A stretch of DNA of 19,329 nt from Candidatus Thorarchaeota archaeon (lineage in GTDB: Archaea; Asgardarchaeota; Thorarchaeia; Thorarchaeales; Thorarchaeaceae). Below are positions 1 to 8,374 of the stretch, in pieces. The stretch covers positions 14,764 to 34,092 of the forward strand of contig JBHLRP010000033.1 of assembly GCA_048882485.1 (NCBI GenBank), read 5' to 3'. The notes under the pieces are model-generated. The model had not been told where the DNA came from, searched no databases, and worked only from the letters and a program-made list of their open reading frames with translations. A program made the position numbers and the translations under genes. Position 1 is the first letter of the stretch. The number at the start of each line of letters is the position of its first letter.

Positions 1-1107
1 CAGGCATCATTATCTCAACTGAAGCAGGACGGAATCCTTGGCTATTTGATTCACAAGAATCTTCTTACACTCGACACGTTCAGAAGACTCAGGAAGTCAA
101 TTGTGAACTCTCATGGCCTCCTTCATATCTCAGATTGTGGCCCAGGAGTTTTTCGTGGCGTGACAGCTGAAACTGCAGTCATTATCCTACAAAATAGACC
201 CAGAGCGCTTCCTCCTACAATTAATCTATCACGGTATAATTCGGATCTCGGCAGTTGTCATGAAATATCTACCATTGACCGAGAAGACTATTGTAGTCTA
301 ATCTCGGATTGGAATAATCGGTATCTATTGGGTATCACCTCAGATGTCATGCCCTATTTGCAGCATATGTCCAATTTGCCGCAGCTAAAGAGATTGGTCA
401 CCATAAAACGTGGGATTGAAACAGGATGCAATCGAAAGTTCATTTCTGAAGCAGTTAAGCAGGGAGGTAATTGGAAGCCTCTCCTTCGAGGAAGGGATGT
501 AGCGAAATTTGCTATAAAGGGCAACGTATGTTTGAATCATGATGTCACCAGATTGGCAAAACCCGGTCGCAGAGACTTGCAGGAACTCCCAAAGGTTGTG
601 GTCCAGCAAAACTCAGAACATCCCATTGCTTTCTACGATTCTGGAAATTATCTGGTACTCAACTCAACAACATATTTGGCTGACGCCAGCGAAGATCTGC
701 TGAAGGCAGTCTGTGTGTTGCTGAATTCGAACCTAATATCATGGTTTTTCAAGACTGTGTTGACGAATAATGCAGGTTTGACTGTCAATCTCCTACCCAA
801 CAATTTGGGTATGATTCCAGTCCCAAAGAGTTTGGATCTTACCTTATTTTCTACCCTTTGTGAAGTTTTATCTCGTTTAAGGGCATCCTCTGATTCAGCT
901 GGGTTCCAGCTTTGGCACGAAACTCTTGCTGAAACCCTAGTCTTTGCCGCCTACTTCCCTCATATTGTCAAAGACAGCAACACTAGCCACCGAATCCAAG
1001 AAATCGCGAATTCAATTGTATCAGAATCATTTGGAAGCGTCCTGTGTGACGAGGCTGTTATCTCTGCAAAGACTGCCTTGGAGGAATTTGCATTCCTGCA
1101 GTCATGA
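1..1107 (+). CDS. Type IIG/Eco57I-like restriction-modification protein (N6-adenine methyltransferase C-terminal part + TaqI-like specificity domain), 5'-truncated
   Basis: Frame is open from base 1 (QASLSQLKQDGILGYLIHKN..LRKSI), matching the post-NPPY 'LKxxGxLGxI..LR' segment of gamma-class MTases. The later motifs KRGIETG, KPLLRGRDV, PKVVVQQ, AFYD and LLNSNLISWFF are typical of TaqI_C target-recognition domains. Confidence 0.75.
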   Translation, partial: QASLSQLKQDGILGYLIHKNLLTLDTFRRLRKSIVNSHGLLHISDCGPGVFRGVTAETAVIILQNRPRALPPTINLSRYNSDLGSCHEISTIDREDYCSLISDWNNRYLLGITSDVMPYLQHMSNLPQLKRLVTIKRGIETGCNRKFISEAVKQGGNWKPLLRGRDVAKFAIKGNVCLNHDVTRLAKPGRRDLQELPKVVVQQNSEHPIAFYDSGNYLVLNSTTYLADASEDLLKAVCVLLNSNLISWFFKTVLTNNAGLTVNLLPNNLGMIPVPKSLDLTLFSTLCEVLSRLRASSDSAGFQLWHETLAETLVFAAYFPHIVKDSNTSHRIQEIANSIVSESFGSVLCDEAVISAKTALEEFAFLQS

Positions 1108-1168
1108 TTCAATGTATTGATTGCGATAGGCAAACAGAGATAAGTCGTGTCTTATGCAATGGCACTGA

Positions 1169-1711
1169 GTGAATTCTGTGACCGCGGAACAAGACGCGCC
1201 TGTCCGACCAGATGAGTTGGTCTTAGATCCAGCTTCGATGGATGGTGGAGGCATACTTGATACCCTTAGTATGCTTCTGTCTCATCATCCTCCGTCCCAG
1301 TATGGACATTGTCTCAGAATTTCCTTTGGAGGTCGGTCTGTATATTTCTGTGGTAGATGTTCGGGCATCTATGGCGGCCTAGGATTAGGGCTGATTCTGC
1401 TTCTCTTTTTCAGATCCGTTTTGGAGCCCGATTGGTTCTGGTTCATGATATCGATGGCAATAGGATTTGCTACAGTTGTTGATTGGGTGAGTCAAAGACT
1501 AACTCCAAGAAAGACAACGAATTTCATAAGGGCTATAACGGGATTTTTGAGTGGTTTCTGCCTTGCAATAATCTTCTACTTGGGCAATCTCTGGTATATG
1601 CTGGTTGCGCTTGCTATAATGGGTGTCACGGTGGGTGGAGTGGGATTTGTTGAAAACAAAAGGATAAAGCATGAGAGGGCAGTCCTTGAAGACGAAGAAT
1701 CCGAAGAATGA
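1169..1711 (+). CDS. DUF2085-family membrane protein (putative metal-binding)
   Basis: HH..HC..FCGRCSGIYGG motif followed by about 4 hydrophobic helices and 'DW..Q......TN.IR.ITG.L.G', typical of DUF2085. GTG start. Confidence 0.75.
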   Translation: MNSVTAEQDAPVRPDELVLDPASMDGGGILDTLSMLLSHHPPSQYGHCLRISFGGRSVYFCGRCSGIYGGLGLGLILLLFFRSVLEPDWFWFMISMAIGFATVVDWVSQRLTPRKTTNFIRAITGFLSGFCLAIIFYLGNLWYMLVALAIMGVTVGGVGFVENKRIKHERAVLEDEESEE

Positions 1712-1748
1712 GACAATCATTTTAACGATGGCATAATTCCTTGATGAT

Positions 1749-2894
1749 GTGGCTCCGATGATTCCTACAGCAAAACCGATTATCGACACAGAAGAGATTG
1801 AGGCAGTGAAGAATGTCCTCGAATCAGGGATGTTGGCAGAGGGCAAGGTTTCGCGGCAGTTTGAAAGAGAATTTGCAGAGTACGTTGGGACCAAGTATGC
1901 CACTGTGACCAGCAACGGAACAACGGCGCTTTCAACCGCACTTGAAGCTTTAGGCCTCCAACCCGGAGATGAAGTTATCACAACTCCATTCACGTTCATT
2001 GCGTCAGCCAATTCTATCGTCATGATTGGTGCTGTTCCTGTGTTTGTTGATGTGAAATTTGACACATACAACATCAATCCAGAGTTAATTGAAGAAGCCA
2101 TTACAAAGAAGACTCGTGCAATTATGCCAGTTCATATCTTTGGAATGCCATGCGAGATGGACCAAATCATGGAGATTGCTGAGAAGCATGACCTCCTCGT
2201 TATTGAGGATGCATGTCAAGCACATGGAGCTACTGTGAGTGGCAAAATGGTGGGATCAATTGGACACATTGGAACATACTCGTTCTATGCCACCAAGAAC
2301 TTGATGACAGGTGAAGGAGGCATGATCACAACAAATGATGAAGAACTCATGGATCGTTGTCTGATGATAAAGAATCATGGACGAGGTCCCGAGGGCGGTT
2401 ATAATCATCATCGTGTTGGATATAACAATCGAATGCTGGATATAGTAGCAGCACTAGGACGAGTCCAGTTGAAACGCATGCCTGAAGTAGTCAGAAAGAG
2501 ACAAGAGAATGCCAGCAGATATGACAGGTTCTTCTCAGACTTTCCTGAGGTCCAACCGCAAATCACCTTGCCTGGAATGGAATCGGGCTATCACGTATAT
2601 GCTCCACGCTTCTTCGTAAAGAATCTCTCACGAGATGAAATCCTCCAACGTCTTCGCGATGCAAAGATAGGAGCTCGCACTGTCTATGCATTACCTTGTC
2701 ACAAGCAGAAAACATATCAGAATATCTTCAGTTGGCGGTGGTCTCGTTGTGTGAATTATCCTGACTATTCGTCCATGACATTTCAGAATGCGGAAACCGT
2801 GGGTGAAACGCACATTGAGATTCCAGTTCATCCAGGTGTGACTGAAGAGAATCTGACTCACATATTGGAAACCTTGACGAGCATTCTAGCCTAA
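1749..2894 (+). CDS. DegT/DnrJ/EryC1/StrS-family PLP-dependent nucleotide-sugar aminotransferase
   Basis: Motifs SNGTTAL, GDEVITTPFTFIASAN, IMPVHIFG, IEDACQAHGA and SFYATKNLMTGEGG (PLP lysine). The start could also be ATG at 1758. Confidence 0.95.
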   Translation: MAPMIPTAKPIIDTEEIEAVKNVLESGMLAEGKVSRQFEREFAEYVGTKYATVTSNGTTALSTALEALGLQPGDEVITTPFTFIASANSIVMIGAVPVFVDVKFDTYNINPELIEEAITKKTRAIMPVHIFGMPCEMDQIMEIAEKHDLLVIEDACQAHGATVSGKMVGSIGHIGTYSFYATKNLMTGEGGMITTNDEELMDRCLMIKNHGRGPEGGYNHHRVGYNNRMLDIVAALGRVQLKRMPEVVRKRQENASRYDRFFSDFPEVQPQITLPGMESGYHVYAPRFFVKNLSRDEILQRLRDAKIGARTVYALPCHKQKTYQNIFSWRWSRCVNYPDYSSMTFQNAETVGETHIEIPVHPGVTEENLTHILETLTSILA

Positions 2895-3544
2895 GCATCT
2901 GGAATGAAATGAGGAAGAATAGATCTGAGGTCTTCGGATCGGATAGTTAAGGAAGCGGCTCGGCTGACATTCTCAGTCATTGGATTAAAGGCGATGCTCA
3001 GGTTAGAGATCTGAAACAACGGAATATCATTCTCACCATCACCCACACTGGCTAGATTCTTGGATGCAAGCCCGTTTTCATCCAAATACTCAGTCATCCG
3101 TTCAGCCTTTTGAGGCCCTTCCATGATATAATGAACCTCGCCGTCATGAGTCCCATTCTTCTCTCCTAGGATATTGGAGTAGGCGAAATCTAGATTGAGT
3201 CTCCTCCCAAAAGGCTTCATGAAGAACTGACTAACACCACTTGAGATGCATCCCACGAAATAGCCCCACTCTTTCAATGTTGCAACAGTTTCTTCCGCAC
3301 CGCGCATAAGGGGCAGGCTTTCAACAAGCGGGTCTAGAGTACCATCTGTTGGCACACCTATCCATATCTTGGCTCCCTCTTTTATTGCCTCAGCCATAGT
3401 CCGACGGTTTTCTCCCTGCTTCTCGTAAATGGCCATGAACTGGTCTTCTATTCCAAGTTCTTTTGTGATTGGATGTACGGCACTTGGCCCATCAAAAAGG
3501 ACTCCGTCAAGATCAAGGCATACTACTTTGATATCCCGGTCCAA
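2891..3544 (-). CDS. HAD-IB phosphatase, phosphoserine phosphatase (SerB)-like
   Basis: Motif I DLDGVL, motif II ISSG, motif III K (QKAE), motif IV GDGENDIPL. Start reassigned from 3655 to TTG 3544, which follows an AGGAGGT SD (3560-3554). Confidence 0.88.
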   Translation of the reverse strand: MDRDIKVVCLDLDGVLFDGPSAVHPITKELGIEDQFMAIYEKQGENRRTMAEAIKEGAKIWIGVPTDGTLDPLVESLPLMRGAEETVATLKEWGYFVGCISSGVSQFFMKPFGRRLNLDFAYSNILGEKNGTHDGEVHYIMEGPQKAERMTEYLDENGLASKNLASVGDGENDIPLFQISNLSIAFNPMTENVSRAASLTIRSEDLRSILPHFIPDA

Positions 3545-3674
3545 TGGATTTTGACCTCCTTGGCGCTTGTTTTTTTTGTACGCTTCGCCATCTATTAGAA
3601 TATACTGGACTATCCAAAGGGGATGCCGTAGAAAGGGTATTATCTCGTTGCACATCTGAATGCGATGAGTGAGG

Positions 3675-4844
3675 ATGAACTCAATAATAAATGAACCACG
3701 CCGCCGCCGTCATCGTCCAGATATAATAAATGAGATTCGTCGAATAGGTGAAAGGAAGCGTAAGGATGAAGATCTCACTTTTGAGATTGGCAGGACACCT
3801 CGAGAAACACTCAGCAAGCTACTAATTGTTTGCGGGAAGGTAGGAGATGACAATGCTGATGCATATCAGGCAAAGGCACAAGAAATAGACGCTGACTTCG
3901 TGGTCGAGCCTGGTAGATCGTGGGTGTTGACATACAAGACAGTCAAAGATTGCTTTGAAGAAGGAAAGCATGCAGGAGTATTGCTGATTGGAACAAACAA
4001 GGAACTACCTGCGACTCAAATAGAATATCAGGGATCCTATGGGTTTACTGATTGGTTTATTCAGGATGTAGATGGAGATGAAATCCCAGACACTCCGGTT
4101 GGCAGAATATTTGGCCCGCAGGGAACCATCCTGTATCATATGGACCCACTGATTATTGACAGTAACATCGCCGTAGTGTTTGATTCCCAGCCAGGGCGTT
4201 CAACGAGGCATGTAGAAGGATTGAAGCAACTTGGCTTTGAAGTTGATGTGTTGAGGCGGTTCACTGAGAAAGATAGAAAACTGCTTTCAGTTAGCGAATT
4301 CATACTTCAATTCTCTGATGGCATGTTTGATTCTAGGATCCATGGCACTCCTGAGAAGTGGGCATCGCACAATGCAGTGATTCTAGATTATCAACAAGCA
4401 TCCTCCATTAAATTCGAAGGATATCCTGTTATTTACTCGGAAGCGTGCAGCACTGCGATGGAAGGGCCACTCCTTAGAGCATTCCTGGATCAAGGCGCAT
4501 GCTACATCGGTGCAACGTTGGACACGATGAACAATTTGGAACCTTTCGACGATTGGAGATTCTGCGCATATGCGGATGGCTGGAAGTTTGGCTTTCTTGA
4601 CCTTCTGGACACATATGAGCTCATAGGTCAGGTCAAGGTTGGCGTTGACATGGCAATCTTTGAGAACCTAGATGAGAATGCGAAAAGAGAGATAGCAGCT
4701 GTCAGAAATGGGGAAACATTCGAGATAACATCGGATAATGGATTGTCTGCAACGGAATGGGTTATGTTTGGAAATCCGCTGAGAAGAACCACTGTCGGTC
4801 CAGCTGCAGATTACACACCAGGTAGACTCATCGTAGACACATAG
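3675..4844 (+). CDS. C25 (gingipain)-like clan CD cysteine peptidase, no signal peptide
   Basis: C25-like motifs in the correct order: VLLIG..ELP, TDWFIQDVDGDEIPDTPVGRI, HGTPEKW (His, codon 4341), PVIYSEACS (Cys, codon 4446), GACYIGAT, MFGNP. Start is ATG 3675 or GTG 3669. Confidence 0.72.
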   Translation: MNSIINEPRRRRHRPDIINEIRRIGERKRKDEDLTFEIGRTPRETLSKLLIVCGKVGDDNADAYQAKAQEIDADFVVEPGRSWVLTYKTVKDCFEEGKHAGVLLIGTNKELPATQIEYQGSYGFTDWFIQDVDGDEIPDTPVGRIFGPQGTILYHMDPLIIDSNIAVVFDSQPGRSTRHVEGLKQLGFEVDVLRRFTEKDRKLLSVSEFILQFSDGMFDSRIHGTPEKWASHNAVILDYQQASSIKFEGYPVIYSEACSTAMEGPLLRAFLDQGACYIGATLDTMNNLEPFDDWRFCAYADGWKFGFLDLLDTYELIGQVKVGVDMAIFENLDENAKREIAAVRNGETFEITSDNGLSATEWVMFGNPLRRTTVGPAADYTPGRLIVDT

Positions 4845-4852
4845 ACCTAGCT

Positions 4853-5170
4853 TTACACTTGCTTCTGAGTCCTCAATCCAATCATTCCACCAATGAATCC
4901 GCCTAGTCCACCAATCACTGATAGAATAGCAGCTGCTATGAGAATTGAGAGAATGTCGGCTCCTGATGAGGAGATCGATTCCAGAAAGAGGAGAAGTGGA
5001 GTAGTTGAAAGGATTGATCCCAGGAAGCCCCCTATCGCGCCCCATCTAGGACTGAGCATGAAATAGCCACAGACAAATCCCGAAACAAGAGGAGCTGCAA
5101 CCCACAAAACTACGTAGAGTCCTAAGTTTAACAGAGCGGCTGCGAAGACCAAACCCAAAAATCGGATCAA
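4853..5170 (-). CDS. Small Gly-rich multi-pass membrane protein (DUF5518-like)
   Basis: Three to four hydrophobic segments with APLVSGFVCGY, GAIGGFLG and GGLGGFIGG motifs. The ORF extends to 5245; TTG 5170 after AAGGA is the more likely start. Confidence 0.65.
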   Translation of the reverse strand: MIRFLGLVFAAALLNLGLYVVLWVAAPLVSGFVCGYFMLSPRWGAIGGFLGSILSTTPLLLFLESISSSGADILSILIAAAILSVIGGLGGFIGGMIGLRTQKQV

Positions 5171-5288
5171 TATATCCTTAGAGATTATCTCAATCGCCTC
5201 TTGTGGGCAACATACGATTTTGATATAACGGTGACGTTTCAACAATAGTCTTTCATAGGGGTTCGCAGCGACTTAATGAAGTTGGTTG

Positions 5289-6218
5289 ATGCATTTGCTT
5301 CTTGAACTTGAAGTGCCCTCAAACTACGACCTCCTTAAGTCCGTTCATTCTTGGATTTATCCTGATATTCAACCTGTTCCAGAGGTGACTGGTTCGGATT
5401 ACTTTGGTCGTGTCTATAGAATCAAGGGCAAAGCAGTCCCCATAATTATCAGACAACATGAACCTGGGCGAGCACTTGAGATTGTATTTCCAGAGAAGTC
5501 CGCGACCAGCAAGGATATCCAGCTACTCTCAAGGAGAATCCTCGGACTTGACAAGAGGATGGATTCAGCCCTTTCATTAATGAGAAGTGATTCAATTCTG
5601 AATCGATTTGTAGCAAATGTAACAGGTATATTTCCATATATTGCAGAGTCATTTTATGAAGCACTAGTGAAGACTATCATTCAGCAACAGATTTCCTATC
5701 GTTCAGCTAATGTCGTGACAAAGAGGATGATTCTTGGCTTATCAAAGAAACATGTCTTCGAAGGTATTGAGTTGTATCCTTTTCCCACCCCTGAAGAAAT
5801 CGTGGAATGCGGCGTAGATGGACTTGAAAGGTTTGGAATAGGATATAGGACGGAATATGTGTATAGAATCTCTTCACTTGTTGCCTATGGCAATCTAGAT
5901 CTAGAATCGCTGTCGCTGATGACATTCAAAGAGATAATGGATATTTTAGGTCCTATCCGCGGTATTGGTGAATGGACTGTTCAAGCTGCCATGATTGCAG
6001 GTTTGGGCGACCTCACCATTTTCCCATACGGCGACCTCGTTATTCAGAATATTCTAGGCGAGCTCTACAATAATGGAGCTAGAATGACCAGATCACAGGT
6101 AGCCGAGAAATCAACAGAATGGGGGCTAGAGGGACCTTCAGTCCTTTATCTTTTGATGTCAGCTTATGTCCTTGGACTCGTGCCGCCCCAAGGCAAGCCG
6201 AAAACGCATAAAAGGTGA
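5289..6218 (+). CDS. AlkA/Ogg1-like HhH-GPD DNA glycosylase (3-methyladenine glycosylase family)
   Basis: EALVKTIIQQQIS, YPFPTPEEI, HhH motif IRGIGEWT and catalytic Asp in FPYGDL. Confidence 0.9.
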   Translation: MHLLLELEVPSNYDLLKSVHSWIYPDIQPVPEVTGSDYFGRVYRIKGKAVPIIIRQHEPGRALEIVFPEKSATSKDIQLLSRRILGLDKRMDSALSLMRSDSILNRFVANVTGIFPYIAESFYEALVKTIIQQQISYRSANVVTKRMILGLSKKHVFEGIELYPFPTPEEIVECGVDGLERFGIGYRTEYVYRISSLVAYGNLDLESLSLMTFKEIMDILGPIRGIGEWTVQAAMIAGLGDLTIFPYGDLVIQNILGELYNNGARMTRSQVAEKSTEWGLEGPSVLYLLMSAYVLGLVPPQGKPKTHKR

Positions 6219-6254
6219 CTGTCTTTTGATGAACCATAGCCTCGGGTGAATTGC

Positions 6255-7415
6255 GTGACCGAGAAAGGAAAGAAGAAGAACACAAAACTCTGGCGCATAT
6301 ATTCTATGTTCAGAAAGGAGTTAAGACTAATTATCAATGACAAATTCGCACTTCTCCTTATCTTCGCCTTGCCAGGGATGATCATGCTAACAATGTACGG
6401 AGCGATAAATACCGGTCAAGTAGGTTTCACGTCCACTGAATATGGCGAGAAAAGCGAGGATGCATTGGTTCTTGGTGTAGTAGACTCGGATCCAACTGAC
6501 ACATTCCCAGGCGAGGACCTTTCACAGAATTTCACGTGGTATCTTCAACATAGTCCAGACTTCATTGTAGAGATATTTCCAGATGAAGAAGCAGCACTGA
6601 TTGAGTTGTACTATGATCGCGTCGACGCATACGCAGTGATTCCTTACGGATTTGAAGGCAACATAACCGGTGATATTCCTGCATTCGTTTCAATTCATAT
6701 CTCAAGCACGAATATCATGAGTCAGGCCGCCGTTTTTGGTGCATTCAGTAGTGTGGTAGCTGATTTCAGATTCGACCACGGTTGGATTAAGCATGAAGTA
6801 GATGTGGAAACAGTGCGGGAATTTGAGCCAACAGGAAATTACACTGCAGCCACATTTGGTGCTTTCATGGTTGTTTTCGCAGTCTTCATCGCTACCTCTG
6901 CAACTGCCGCACAGGCGATCGTAGGAGATGTCCCGCTGAATCGAATGCTACTGACTCCCGCTACCAAGATGGAGGCTGTACTTGCCAAGACTCTAGCCTA
7001 TTTCGCGGTAGGCCTAATCCAGATTCAATTTCTGCTAATAATGTGGATGGGCATGTTTGGCATCATTCCAAATACTGACTACCTTACTCTTAATGCAGTC
7101 CTGTGGCTATTGGCACTGTCCGGGTCAGCTTTGGGAGTAGTCATTTCGACCGTCGTAACGACGCGTCTACAGGCAAACCAGTCCTTCCTCTTCCTCCTCT
7201 TTGCATCAATGATTGTCGGGACTGGATTCCTTGATGTTGGAATAATAGATGAATGGTTCCCACTAAACCTAGGTAGAGTCATGATGATTGATACTGCGTT
7301 CAAGGGAGTAGACTTGTTTACATTCACCAACGAAATAATTAGGATACTTATTTTCTCTGTGGCTCTAATCCTCGTAGCCTGGGGTATCTTTGCGAGACGG
7401 ACAAGTCTTGCATAA
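6255..7415 (+). CDS. ABC-2 type transporter permease
   Basis: N-terminal KELRLI..D...L..IF.LP TM, a large extracytoplasmic loop (GVVDSD, AYAVIPYGF), RMLLTP...EAVLAK and five C-terminal TMs. GTG 6255 follows a GGTGA SD (ORF open from 6246). Confidence 0.9.
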   Translation: MTEKGKKKNTKLWRIYSMFRKELRLIINDKFALLLIFALPGMIMLTMYGAINTGQVGFTSTEYGEKSEDALVLGVVDSDPTDTFPGEDLSQNFTWYLQHSPDFIVEIFPDEEAALIELYYDRVDAYAVIPYGFEGNITGDIPAFVSIHISSTNIMSQAAVFGAFSSVVADFRFDHGWIKHEVDVETVREFEPTGNYTAATFGAFMVVFAVFIATSATAAQAIVGDVPLNRMLLTPATKMEAVLAKTLAYFAVGLIQIQFLLIMWMGMFGIIPNTDYLTLNAVLWLLALSGSALGVVISTVVTTRLQANQSFLFLLFASMIVGTGFLDVGIIDEWFPLNLGRVMMIDTAFKGVDLFTFTNEIIRILIFSVALILVAWGIFARRTSLA

Positions 7416-7421
7416 TGGCAA

Positions 7422-8225
7422 CTAGAATCCAAGAAAGACTAGGGCGACAGCTGCGGAATTGTAGAATCCATGTGCTATGGTTGGGGCCATGATTGAATAG
7501 TTACGCCTCTGTGAAAGATATCCCAGGATGATCCCCAGCACAAAGCGAGTGGGGAGTCCAAAGAGATCCAAATGAATTATTGCAAAGATAAAGCTAGTTA
7601 TTATCAATGCATAAAGACCAGGGCTTGATCTCCGTTGCCTGAAGTACATTTCCATTCTTCGCTGCAAGAATCCTCTGAACAGAAGTTCCTCACTAAACCC
7701 AACAACAGCAAACATGAGGATTACCCAGAGAGCAAGTTCGAATAGATCACTCACGACAAAGAAACCAACATCTATGTCAGGCAAACCGAAGGCAAAGAAA
7801 GTGAGAAGACTCACGAGAAAATTGGCGAGAAGCATTGCTCCTGCGGCAGCAATTCCTAAAAGCACTTCCTTTATTGACTTCATATTTTTGATGCCAAGGG
7901 AGCTAAGCGCGTACCCATTCCTCCTCACATACCATATGGGCGGAATGATGAAACCGATACTTGCGGATGTGGTAACAATTATGGCAAGTGGATCAAGCCA
8001 AATATTGCCTGTGACGAGATCAACAACGATAAGCCCATTCGCCATCAATGGTATCATGAGAATGACGGTGAGTCCCATCGAGATGCCGAAGGCAGCGCCA
8101 GTAAGCAGAAGGATGTGGAATAACCTGTTCCAGTCAACCTCACGTTCAATTACTGAACCTGGCTCGAAGATGTCAATTCCTGCAAATTCCTGCATTTCAA
8201 AGGCGTCTGGGTCACTGATTGCCAA
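7422..8225 (-). CDS. CPBP family (Abi/Rce1/type II CAAX) intramembrane glutamic endopeptidase
   Basis: Motifs EELLFRG, FAIIH and AHGFYN, about 8 TMs. Start uncertain: TTG 8225 after GGTG, ATG 8195, or ORF limit 8330. Confidence 0.93.
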   Translation of the reverse strand: MAISDPDAFEMQEFAGIDIFEPGSVIEREVDWNRLFHILLLTGAAFGISMGLTVILMIPLMANGLIVVDLVTGNIWLDPLAIIVTTSASIGFIIPPIWYVRRNGYALSSLGIKNMKSIKEVLLGIAAAGAMLLANFLVSLLTFFAFGLPDIDVGFFVVSDLFELALWVILMFAVVGFSEELLFRGFLQRRMEMYFRQRRSSPGLYALIITSFIFAIIHLDLFGLPTRFVLGIILGYLSQRRNYSIMAPTIAHGFYNSAAVALVFLGF

Positions 8226-8374
8226 GTAGTGTGCACCAACTGAGTCAGCATCCGACCTGAGATAAGGATTTGCTTGTGCGACATTCTTATTGCTGAATCC
8301 AATAGGTTTTATCAGGTAGATTCGCAGCAAGTGGTCAACTCAAAATCTCCATGCTTTTTGATTGGTGATGACCT

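Noticed and set aside
1-1107. Defence island or mobile element around the R-M gene
   Set aside because: No other defence gene, integrase, transposase or att/terminal repeat is visible. The upstream context lies outside the window.
1154-1171. In-frame ATG-CAA-TGG-CAC-TGA just before the DUF2085 GTG (possible selenocysteine read-through or uORF)
   Set aside because: It would add only 5 residues in a non-conserved region with no redox motif, and I could not identify a SECIS-like element.
3545-3655. N-terminal extensions from longest-ORF calls (HAD here; likewise Roadblock 10765-10857, DUF99 10806-10931, BMP 13308-13421, glmS 15021-15056)
   Set aside because: They run across promoter or SD sequence, and downstream starts fit the domain boundaries better.
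7422-8225. CaaX-prenylation substrate for the CPBP protease within the window
   Set aside because: None of the predicted proteins ends in a CaaX motif.
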